Below, one piece after another: positions 29,663-38,029 of a stretch of 64,000 bases of DNA; position 1 is the stretch's first letter, and every line of letters starts with the position of its first letter. The notes below the pieces were generated by a model, which saw only the letters and a program-made list of their open reading frames with translations, searched no databases and was not told the origin of the DNA. Location: contig CAWDDI010000034.1 of the NCBI GenBank assembly GCA_963800985.1, positions 70,165 through 134,164 on the forward strand, written 5' to 3'. A program made the translations under genes and the position numbers. This stretch comes from an uncultured Alphaproteobacteria bacterium (GTDB taxonomy: Bacteria; Pseudomonadota; Alphaproteobacteria; Rhizobiales; Beijerinckiaceae).

Positions 29663-30625
29663 ATGTCGACGAGCGCGGTCGTGACCAGTGAGCAGGTGGC
29701 GACGGCGGCGCCGGCGGCGCGCTTTCGGCTCCACATCGCGGTTTTTCTCGCGCCGGCGATGGCGATCTACACGGTTTTCTGCATCTACCCGCTGATCGAC
29801 ACCATTCGGCTCAGTCTCTACGGAAGCGACGCCAGCGGGACCTTGCACTTCGTCGGGCTGGACAATTTCCGCACGCTCCTCGGCAACCCGAACTGGTCCG
29901 GCCGGTTCTGGAACGCACTGCGCAACAACGTGGTGTTCTTCCTCATCCACATGGTGGTGCAGAATGGCATCGGGCTCGGCCTTGCCATGCTCCTGAGCCT
30001 GCCGGGCCTTGCAGGCGGGAGCCTATACCGCACGCTCCTTTTCTTGCCCACGATGCTCTCGGTGGTCATCATCGGCTTTATCTGGCAGCTCATGCTCAAC
30101 CCGCTCTGGGGCATCGCCGAGACGATCATGGGCGCGGTGGGCCTCGGCGACTTCTTCGGCCCCTTCCTGGGTCAGGAGAGTACGGCCCTCGTGACGATCT
30201 CGCTGATCTCCGTCTGGCAGTTCGTCGGCATCCCGATGATGTTGATCTACGCGGCGCTCCTCAACATCCCGGACGACCTCATAGACGCCGCCACGGTCGA
30301 CGGCGCGGGCCCGTTCGCCATCTTCTGGTACATCAAGCTGCGGCTTATTCTGCCGACGCTCGGCGTCGTGTCGATCCTCACCTTCGTGGCGAACTTCAAC
30401 GCCTTCGATCTCATCTTCGCCGTCAAGGGCGCGCTCGCCGGTCCGAACTTCTCCACGGACATCCTCGGCACGTTCTTCTATCGCACGTTCTTCGGTTTTC
30501 AGCTCCAGGTGGGTAGCCCCACGATGGGCGCGACGGTGGCGACCGCCATGCTGGTCATCATTCTCATCGGCGTCCTCGTCTACCTGTTCGGCGTGCAGCG
30601 GCGGCTCCAGCGGCATGCCTTCTGA
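29663..30625 (+). CDS. ABC transporter permease (MalF/UgpA-like)
   Basis: Six-TM protein with an EAA-like loop 'AATVDGAGPFAIFWYIKLRLILP'. Confidence 0.9.
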   Translation: MSTSAVVTSEQVATAAPAARFRLHIAVFLAPAMAIYTVFCIYPLIDTIRLSLYGSDASGTLHFVGLDNFRTLLGNPNWSGRFWNALRNNVVFFLIHMVVQNGIGLGLAMLLSLPGLAGGSLYRTLLFLPTMLSVVIIGFIWQLMLNPLWGIAETIMGAVGLGDFFGPFLGQESTALVTISLISVWQFVGIPMMLIYAALLNIPDDLIDAATVDGAGPFAIFWYIKLRLILPTLGVVSILTFVANFNAFDLIFAVKGALAGPNFSTDILGTFFYRTFFGFQLQVGSPTMGATVATAMLVIILIGVLVYLFGVQRRLQRHAF

Positions 30626-31469
30626 GCGCCGCATGCCCCTGCCTCGCGCCCGCCCCGGCCGCCTCGCGGTTCACGTCGTGCTGCTCCTCTACACGGCGCT
30701 CGCCATCGGGCCGATCATCCTCGTCCTGATCAATGCCTTCAAGACCCGGCGCGCCATCTTCGCCGACCCGCTGAGCTTCCCCGACGCGCGCACCTTCACG
30801 ACGATCGGCTTCGACCAGGTGTTCTCGAGGTCCGACTTCGGACTGTATTTCCTCAACAGTCTCACGGTCACGCTGGTGTCGCTCGCGCTGACCGTTCTCA
30901 TCGGCGCCATGGCGGCCTGGGCGCTTTCGGAATATCGGTTCAGGGGCAACACCATCCTGGCGCTCTACTTTGCGCTCGGCATCATGGTGCCGATTCGCCT
31001 CGGCAGCGTCAGCATTCTGCGCCTGATGGTCGATCTCGATCTCGTCAACACGCTGACGGCTCTCATCCTCGTCTATGTCGCTCAGGGTCTGCCTCTCGCC
31101 ATCCTTATCCTTGGCGAGTTCATCCAGCAGATCCCGCGCGACCTCAGCGATGCGGCACGGTGCGACGGAGTCAGCGAGTACCGAATATTCGGCAGCATCG
31201 TCCTTCCCCTGATACGACCCGCCATCGCGACGGTTGCCGTCTTCACCATGGTGCCGATCTGGAACGATCTTTGGTTCCCCCTGATCCTCGCGCCGGGGAG
31301 CGAGACGCGGACCTTGACGCTTGGCGTACAGCAGTTCATCGGCCAGTACATCACGGACTGGAATGCGGTGCTCGCTTCACTGTCTCTCGCCATTGCACCG
31401 GTGCTCGTCCTTTATCTCCTCTTTTCTCGTTACCTGGTCCGCGGGCTGACTGCTGGAGGGATCAAGTAG
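30615..31469 (+). CDS. ABC transporter permease (MalG/UgpE-like)
   Basis: EAA loop 'DAARCDGVSEYRIFGSIVLPLIRP'. Overlaps the preceding permease by 11 nt. Confidence 0.9.
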   Translation: MPSERRMPLPRARPGRLAVHVVLLLYTALAIGPIILVLINAFKTRRAIFADPLSFPDARTFTTIGFDQVFSRSDFGLYFLNSLTVTLVSLALTVLIGAMAAWALSEYRFRGNTILALYFALGIMVPIRLGSVSILRLMVDLDLVNTLTALILVYVAQGLPLAILILGEFIQQIPRDLSDAARCDGVSEYRIFGSIVLPLIRPAIATVAVFTMVPIWNDLWFPLILAPGSETRTLTLGVQQFIGQYITDWNAVLASLSLAIAPVLVLYLLFSRYLVRGLTAGGIK

Positions 31470-31568
31470 CACGTCCAGCTCCAACGTATGCCGGTGATGA
31501 TCGAGCGGTCTTCGAGAGGCCGATCCACGCGGCGCCCGCTCGACCGCAGCCATCCGATCGACCGAGCG

Positions 31569-32138
31569 TCAGTCCGTGGCCCGGTGGAGCTGGGCGCCGC
31601 GGGCGCCGAGCCGCTGCAGGTTGTTGCGCGTCAGGTAATCCAGGAAGCCGCTCGGCTTGATCACGAGCTCCGACGGCAGGTCGGCGGCAAGTCCGAGCCG
31701 TGCCGCGATCTGCGCCACGAAGACGACGCAGTTCTGGCTCCACAGCTCGTAGGACGGCTGCGGCAGGCGCCGCCACCTCTCCGCCACCGCGATGACGCCC
31801 GCCACCTGCGCGCTTGAGAGCGGCATCGAGAAATGGGGCGTGCTGTGGGCGATATAGTCCGGCTGCACGAGTTCGAGCACGCCGGTCACCGGACCGGACA
31901 GGACGTGCGGACCAGCATGCGGGGTGGTGAACCCGTAACTCAGGTCGACGGACCTGCCGGAGCGGTCGTCGACGCCGCGCAGGGTGACGAAGGCGTGCGG
32001 AAAATACAGGCCGTTGCCGTCATGCGAGTAGAACGTGATCCGGACGACGGCCAAGGCCGGGCTCGGCGAAAGTGCGACAATCGCTCCGATAAGGACGCCG
32101 ACAATGGCTGAAAGGGCCGGCTTCATCCAAAGGCGCAT
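31569..32138 (-). CDS. Exported/membrane-anchored hypothetical protein (possible His/Cys hydrolase fold)
   Basis: N-terminal anchor 'MKPALSAIVGVLIGAIVAL'. 'LWSQNCVVFVAQIA' is reminiscent of NlpC/LRAT-type NC-motifs, which is a weak hint only. Confidence 0.5.
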   Translation of the reverse strand: MRLWMKPALSAIVGVLIGAIVALSPSPALAVVRITFYSHDGNGLYFPHAFVTLRGVDDRSGRSVDLSYGFTTPHAGPHVLSGPVTGVLELVQPDYIAHSTPHFSMPLSSAQVAGVIAVAERWRRLPQPSYELWSQNCVVFVAQIAARLGLAADLPSELVIKPSGFLDYLTRNNLQRLGARGAQLHRATD

Positions 32139-32363
32139 CGCCCATCCCCAATTCGCTGCGAGGGAGGAAGTTAGCGCACCAAAGCCGCGCTTCCAAATTC
32201 AGCTGGACGAGCGGCGCGTTCGAACCGATCCGGCGAAGCGCCGGATGGACTTGAGCAGGACTCGCTGGATGCGCGGCGCGAGGCCGCCGAGGCCTAAATC
32301 AGGAGCCCGGAGAGTTGGGCCTTGGACGCAGACCGCGCGACTTGCTCGTGAGGAGAACGGGAT

Positions 32364-33023
32364 CTAGGAGCCGCTGTCCGCCGCGGAGCCTCGCCTGGGC
32401 CGGCGGACGGCTCGCACCTTCCCGCTGCTTCCGCCTCCGCAGAAGAACCGATCACCGCCATCGGACTCGAGCCCCGACACGCCTACTCCAGGCGGCATCT
32501 TGAGGGTCTCCAGGACCTCTCCCGTTCGAGGATCGACCCGCCGCACATCGCTCTCGTCGCCGTCCGAGGTGCCGTGCCAGAGCTCGCCGTCGATCCAGGT
32601 GACGCCGGTGACGAAGCGCCTGGACTCGATGGTGCGAAGGATCGCCCCTGTTTGGGGGTCGACTTGGTGGATCTTCCGGTCGCGATACTGCCCCACCCAG
32701 AGCGTCCCTTCGGCCCACGCGAGCCCCGAGTCACCGCCGCCGCCGGGCGCCGGGAGGGTGGCGAGAACTCGGCCGGTCGTCGGATCGATCTTCTGGATGC
32801 GGTCCTCGGCGAGCTGAAACAGGTGCTGGCCGTCGAATGCCGTTCCCGCATGCGCGGCGACATCGATCGAGCGCACCGCCTTCCCGCTCGCAGGATCGAA
32901 GGCGTTCAGCTTGTCGCCGGACGCAAACCAGACGTGCCGGCCGTCGAACGTGACTCCATGCACCTGGTCGGCGCCCGGAAAGGGTCCATACTCGCGGAGG
33001 ATTTCGGCCGATGATCGTTTCAT
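32364..33023 (-). CDS. Beta-propeller repeat protein (glutamine-cyclotransferase-like fold)
   Basis: Repeated 'DG..LW...........i..iDP.TG.v' units, for example 'IQKIDPTTGRVLATL', 'IHQVDPQTGAILRTI' and 'VRRVDPRTGEVLETL'. Confidence 0.6.
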   Translation of the reverse strand: MKRSSAEILREYGPFPGADQVHGVTFDGRHVWFASGDKLNAFDPASGKAVRSIDVAAHAGTAFDGQHLFQLAEDRIQKIDPTTGRVLATLPAPGGGGDSGLAWAEGTLWVGQYRDRKIHQVDPQTGAILRTIESRRFVTGVTWIDGELWHGTSDGDESDVRRVDPRTGEVLETLKMPPGVGVSGLESDGGDRFFCGGGSSGKVRAVRRPRRGSAADSGS

Positions 33024-33032
33024 GCATCCATC

Positions 33033-34253
33033 CTAGCCACTCGGCAGGGCAGCCGGGAGTAACAACGTCGTCGTGAATCCCGGCACGGGCGGGGACGTCC
33101 AACGACGCGCTCGTCCGCGACCGAACGACTGCACCTTGCCGGCCGCCGCAAGCGAGTCGAGCGCTCGCTGCACGGTGCGCTGGCTGACGCCAAGCGCGAT
33201 CGCCAGCGCCGAGCTCGACCACGACTCACCGTCAGCGACGAGGGCGAGCACCGCTGCGTGCTGCTCTTCGACGGGCCGCGCCAGCACGACGACCTCGCGT
33301 GCGTGGCGCGGTGCCAGCGCAAACCCTCGCTTGGTCGCGCTCACGTGGGCCAGGGTCCGAAGCTCCGCGCGAAGCCGCCCGAGCTCGACCCGTAACCGCG
33401 AGCGATGCGATTCATCGGCGAGCTTCGCTCCGAATGCCCGCGCAACGAGAATGTCCCTCGCCACGTCCCCGGGCCAGGCCTCGCCGAGCGCACGGGCAAG
33501 CGCGAACAAGACTGGACGCCTCGCGAGCGAAACCGCCGTGCGCTGGTCACGCACGACGTGACGGCACGCGTCGACGACGAGCGCTTCCGACGCCTGCAAG
33601 GCCTCGACCTCCTCAAGCAGGAGGAGGCGCTCCTCGCCGCTGGCAATCAGTCGTGCCGCGGGCGTGTTCAGGACGAGAGATGCGCGTTCGACCTCCACGG
33701 TCAGCCCGAGAATACGGGCATGGCGCGCGGCGCGCTCGGCCCGAGCGAGCGCAGCGCGCGCCGCCTTCGCCCGCAGGCGTCGCATTGCAATCCCCGCAAC
33801 CAGCAGTTCGTGGGCGGTCCTCAACGCGGGCGGGAACGGCGCGGGGTCGAGGCCGGCGAGACTCCCCTCGGCCTCGTCGAGGCGCCCGATCAGGAGCAGG
33901 CGCCGGACCTCGAGATAGCGCGCATGCGCGGCGTTCACGCGGTCCCCATGCCGTTCGAGCGTCGCCCGCGCTGCGTCGAGCGCCTTGGCCGGCCAGCCCA
34001 GGTCGCGCGACACGAGCGCGATCTCGGCCTCGGCCACGACGCACCTTGCGCGGGCCACGGCCTCTTTCGGGCCGAAGGCGCGCGCCGCACGTCGCACGAG
34101 AGCCCTCGCGCGTACGAGATCGCCGAGCTGCGCCATCGCGATGCCTCGAAGCGCGAGCGCAGGCGCATCGTCGCGCAAGGCGACCTGGTTCAGTGCGCCC
34201 AGGGGATCACCCGCCGCGAGCGCACGCGCCGCGGCCGTGATCAGCGAGTCCAT
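33033..34253 (-). CDS. Putative HTH regulator with an Ala/Arg-rich helical-repeat N-terminal region
   Basis: C-terminal 'SSSALAIALGVSQRTVQRALDSLAAAGKV' HTH. The N-terminal TPR-like helices are continuous over 406 aa. Confidence 0.6.
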   Translation of the reverse strand: MDSLITAAARALAAGDPLGALNQVALRDDAPALALRGIAMAQLGDLVRARALVRRAARAFGPKEAVARARCVVAEAEIALVSRDLGWPAKALDAARATLERHGDRVNAAHARYLEVRRLLLIGRLDEAEGSLAGLDPAPFPPALRTAHELLVAGIAMRRLRAKAARAALARAERAARHARILGLTVEVERASLVLNTPAARLIASGEERLLLLEEVEALQASEALVVDACRHVVRDQRTAVSLARRPVLFALARALGEAWPGDVARDILVARAFGAKLADESHRSRLRVELGRLRAELRTLAHVSATKRGFALAPRHAREVVVLARPVEEQHAAVLALVADGESWSSSALAIALGVSQRTVQRALDSLAAAGKVQSFGRGRARRWTSPPVPGFTTTLLLPAALPSG

Positions 34254-34399
34254 CTGAATCCCGCCACACTTGTCACTCCCACCCTCCGAGACCCAGGCGT
34301 AAAGCTAGCTCACGACCAACAACGAAGGATCGGCGGCGATCGCGTCGCGCTTGTCCCGAAGATCCAGGAACTCGTCCCATTCGGAGGTTTGCAACGACC

Positions 34400-35194
34400 A
34401 TGACTAACTCACCTAAGAACGACCCGAAAGGCGGACGGCTCGCGATGCACGCGCCGCCGATCGTTTCACCGCAGGCCTGGGAGGCCGCGCGCCAGCAGTT
34501 GCTCGTGAAGGAGAAGGCCCTGACCCGTGCCCGTGACGCACTGGCCGCCGAACGTCGACGGATGCCGTGGATGGCCGTGGAGAAGCCGTACGCCTTCGAG
34601 GGGCCCGAGGGCATGGCGAGCCTGCTCGACCTGTTCGAGGGCCGCCGCCAGTTGATCGTCTATCGCGCCTTCTTCGAGCCCGGGGTGTTCGGCTGGCCCG
34701 ATCACGCCTGCCGCGGCTGCTCCATGGTGGCCGACCAGGTCGCCCACGTGGCCCATCTGAATGCCCGCGACACCACCCTTGCATTCGTCTCGCGGGCGCC
34801 GCAGGCCGACATCGCGCGCCTGAAGGCCCGGATGGGCTGGGAGATGCCGTGGTTCACCGTCACGGACAGCTTCGACGTCGATTTCGGCGTGGACGAGTGG
34901 CACGGCACGAACGTGTTCTTCCGCGACGGCGAGCGCGTGTTTCGCACCTACTTCATCAACAACCGCGGCGACGAGGCGATGGGGAGCACCTGGAGCTACC
35001 TCGACATCACGCCGCTCGGCCGCCAGGAGGTGTGGGAGGACTCGCCGGAAGGCTACCCCCAGACCCCGCCGTACAAGTGGTGGAACTGGCATGACAACTA
35101 CGCCGCTGACGCGGCGCCCGACCCGAAGTGGGTCGAGGTGTCGGACGCCGGAGAGGCGGCGTTCCGAACCCTCGACGAAGGCGCGAAGGCATGA
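34400..35194 (+). CDS. DUF899-family thioredoxin-fold protein
   Basis: 'LLVKEKALTRARDALAAERRRMPW', 'LIVYRAFFEPG...CRGCSMVADQV' and 'FFRDGERVFRTYF' are characteristic of DUF899. Confidence 0.88.
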   Translation: MTNSPKNDPKGGRLAMHAPPIVSPQAWEAARQQLLVKEKALTRARDALAAERRRMPWMAVEKPYAFEGPEGMASLLDLFEGRRQLIVYRAFFEPGVFGWPDHACRGCSMVADQVAHVAHLNARDTTLAFVSRAPQADIARLKARMGWEMPWFTVTDSFDVDFGVDEWHGTNVFFRDGERVFRTYFINNRGDEAMGSTWSYLDITPLGRQEVWEDSPEGYPQTPPYKWWNWHDNYAADAAPDPKWVEVSDAGEAAFRTLDEGAKA

Positions 35195-35475
35195 GCGAGG
35201 CCTGTTCCGCCCGACCCGACGGCGGCTCGACGCGCGGGGGCGCCGCCGCTTTCCGGGCCGCCGAGTGGCTAAGCCTGGCGGCCGCGCCGACCTTCGCGAT
35301 CATGGCGCTCCAGACCGGCGTTCTCGGTGGACGTCCGGCGGATATGCTCTGCTCGGCGGCCCATCCGTGGCCGCTGGACGGAATGGTCCCGATGTACTTG
35401 CTCATGAGCGCGTTCCATTCATCGCCTTGGCTGAAGCTGATGTCCGGCCGAGGACGCGCTATCCGCCGGTCCTGA
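35191..35475 (+). CDS. Small hydrophobic protein translationally coupled to DUF899 (94 aa)
   Basis: ATG 35191 overlaps the DUF899 stop (ATGA). 'WLSLAAAPTFAIMALQTGVLGG' and 'MVPMYLLMSAFHSSPWL' are hydrophobic segments. Confidence 0.55.
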   Translation: MSEACSARPDGGSTRGGAAAFRAAEWLSLAAAPTFAIMALQTGVLGGRPADMLCSAAHPWPLDGMVPMYLLMSAFHSSPWLKLMSGRGRAIRRS

Positions 35476-35881
35476 TCCGCCACCGGCGGCGACGGAGGGC
35501 TCGATGATAAGCCGAGATCACAGCCTCGTCGCTGACCTGAGTTGATGGGAGAACAGGCTCAAGGACCGGGCAGTGCCGTCGAGAGTTCGTCGGCTCGAAC
35601 CGCACGGCTCAAAGCCGCGATGCGTCGACAGCGGGACCTGCGAGAGGGGACCAGCAAGCGGAACTCCCGAACTCCGCAGTGGGCCGAGAAAGCGGCGTGT
35701 CGTGCTCGTGCTGAGCTTCCCGTCATGCCCAGGGCGACATGCTCAATTCATCGGGCACCGGGAACGCCATCGCAAGCCGTCCACATCCACCCGTCCCGCA
35801 TGCCCGCAACCCACCTCCCGGCAGTGCGCCGCGACGGATCGAACGCCGCCCACGCCGGAATGATGGGCCGCCGGCGGCGCA

Positions 35882-37102
35882 CTACTTGTAGAAAAAGTGC
35901 GAGGCGGCGTGGACGTCCGGGATCAGCCCCCTCGCGCGCACCTCAGCGTCGTGCGCATCGCGACCCTTTACCCTCTTCGTCACCAATTGGAAGTGCGTGA
36001 CCGTGGGAGGCAGCGCCGACCACGGGATGTCCAGGCGGCTGTCGTACGCCCACAGGCTTTTCAGCGCGGGAAGCGACGAGAGGCCCTTGATCGTGTGGAG
36101 CGCGGGAACACTGTACAAGCGCATGTGCTCGAGCGCCGCATTGGAAGACCCGACGTGCAATTCGGCGATCCTCGGCTGATCGCTCAGCTGGAGCCGCCGC
36201 AGGCGGGGGAAGCGTTGAAGGTCGCCAAGATCTTCAAGCAAGCGGACTTCGAAGAACGATAGATCCGTGAGCGCCGGGAGTGGCCCGATGGCACAGATCG
36301 AGGTCGTTTTTCCGAGGACGAATTTCAGCGTCTCGAGCGAGGCGAGTCGATTGATGAAGTCGAGCGAGAACTTGGGCGACGGATCGATCGCGAGTTCGGT
36401 GAGCGACGTGCAGCCACCGATCGATTCCGTGTTCTTTCCCCGGCCGAGAAGACGCAGCGTGCGAAGCGAATGCGCCTCGCCGATCGGCGAAAGATCGATC
36501 GGCGGCGTGATGGTTCCCGCCAGGGTGAAGTGTTCCAGCCGCTGAACGCCGAGGGCGGCGAGGACGTCGGGATTGTGCTTCCCCCAGGGCCCGAACAGCA
36601 AGTCCGTGAGCTTCGGCAATCTCCCGACTGCCTGCGGATTGTGAACCTGCTTCATCCCGTCGATCGAAAGGCAGCGGATTTCATCCAAATGGTCGAGCAC
36701 CGACGCGTCGAACCCCACCTCGAAATGGTCGAAGAAGCGAACTCTCAGACCATCGCCGAGCTCGGCGCATGCCCGCTGGATCAGGTGCAGATACTCGCTT
36801 CGGCTGACCACCTCGTCGACGACTTCCTCGACGCCATCGCCGCGCTTTTCGAAACGCCCGATCGGAACGCGTTCGGGAATCGGCCGACGAATTTGCAATG
36901 TCTGAACCGCAACTTCACCCTTCGGGTAAAGCGCGCGCGGGTCGGGGAAGGTCTCATGCATGGGCGGTTGAATCCCATCCGTTACGCGCTGGGTAGGCCG
37001 GCTCAGGTGTCGCAACCACTCGACCGGTCGCTCCCTTCTGCGACTCGACGAAGGCTTTCGAAGGAGACGATCCCGAGCCGCCCTCCGCTCAGCTGCATTC
37101 AT
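35882..37102 (-). CDS. Leucine-rich-repeat (LRR) protein
   Basis: At least 7 consecutive ~22-aa LRR units, for example 'SIGGCTSLTELAIDPSPKFSLD', 'FINRLASLETLKFVLGKTTSIC', 'AIGPLPALTDLSFFEVRLLEDLG' and 'DLQRFPRLRRLQLSDQPRIAELH'. Start uncertain (37102 or internal MHETF). Confidence 0.75.
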   Translation of the reverse strand: MNAAERRAARDRLLRKPSSSRRRERPVEWLRHLSRPTQRVTDGIQPPMHETFPDPRALYPKGEVAVQTLQIRRPIPERVPIGRFEKRGDGVEEVVDEVVSRSEYLHLIQRACAELGDGLRVRFFDHFEVGFDASVLDHLDEIRCLSIDGMKQVHNPQAVGRLPKLTDLLFGPWGKHNPDVLAALGVQRLEHFTLAGTITPPIDLSPIGEAHSLRTLRLLGRGKNTESIGGCTSLTELAIDPSPKFSLDFINRLASLETLKFVLGKTTSICAIGPLPALTDLSFFEVRLLEDLGDLQRFPRLRRLQLSDQPRIAELHVGSSNAALEHMRLYSVPALHTIKGLSSLPALKSLWAYDSRLDIPWSALPPTVTHFQLVTKRVKGRDAHDAEVRARGLIPDVHAASHFFYK

Positions 37103-37118
37103 AGAGGTCCAGAACCGC

Positions 37119-37961
37119 TCAGTACGACATGAACAGCGGCACTGGGCTCAGCTTGAGTAGAGACTGGGTCACGCCGCCGAAGACCATCTCGCGAAGGCGC
37201 GAGTGTACGTAACCGCCCATCACGATCATGTCGGCGCTGTAGAGCGCAGCGTGGTCTCGCAGCGTCTGGGCGACGTCCCCATTGCGGGCACGGATGGCGT
37301 TCACTGCGACGTTCACTCCGTGGCGCGCGAGGTGGCGCGCGAGATCGGCTCCGTCCACGTTGTCCGCCAGGTCCTTCTCGCCCGTGACTGCAACCACCTC
37401 GACGGCTTCTGCCGCGCGCATGAACGGCAGGGCATCATGCGCGGCTCGAGCAGCCCTCGCGCTCCCGTCCCAGGCGACGATGATCCGCCTCGCGCTGAAC
37501 GTCGTCCGGGACGGCGGAACGATAAGGACGGGACGGCCGCTATCCAGGAGAAGGGCGTCGAATAGACCACGGTCCACGTTAAGGGCCTCTTCCTCGGCGT
37601 CGAGGATCGAGAGATCGTGAACGCGAGCTTGGGCTCGGAAGGAGGCGATCAGGTCGGGATAGGCGAGGTGCGGCGATTGTGTGGAGCAGACCACACCCGC
37701 CGCTGCGGCGTCGGCCGCCGCGCTCCGGGCGGCCGCCTCGGCAAGGGCTTGCAGACGCTGGTTTTCGGTGTGCACCAGACCGGCTGCGAAATCGCTGACC
37801 CAGGCGCTGCTGAGCGCAATGTGGACGGATGCGGCTTGAACCGTGACGTGGGCACCGGCCCGTTTGCCCAACGAGAGACCATAAGCCAGCGCGGAAGAGG
37901 CCTCTTCGGGACCGATCTCCTTGATGAGGCCGATCAATACGCTCTTGATGTTCTGAACCAT
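37119..37961 (-). CDS. Universal stress protein, tandem UspA domains
   Basis: Second domain 'RIIVAWDGSARAARAAHDALPF...MIVMGGYVHSRLREMVFGGVTQSLL'. 280 aa. Confidence 0.88.
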   Translation of the reverse strand: MVQNIKSVLIGLIKEIGPEEASSALAYGLSLGKRAGAHVTVQAASVHIALSSAWVSDFAAGLVHTENQRLQALAEAAARSAAADAAAAGVVCSTQSPHLAYPDLIASFRAQARVHDLSILDAEEEALNVDRGLFDALLLDSGRPVLIVPPSRTTFSARRIIVAWDGSARAARAAHDALPFMRAAEAVEVVAVTGEKDLADNVDGADLARHLARHGVNVAVNAIRARNGDVAQTLRDHAALYSADMIVMGGYVHSRLREMVFGGVTQSLLKLSPVPLFMSY

Positions 37962-38029
37962 GGAGTCCTCCCGGGTCTGCCCACGAGCCCGAACGTCGGC
38001 GATTCAGCCGTCGTGAGAAGGTCATCGCG

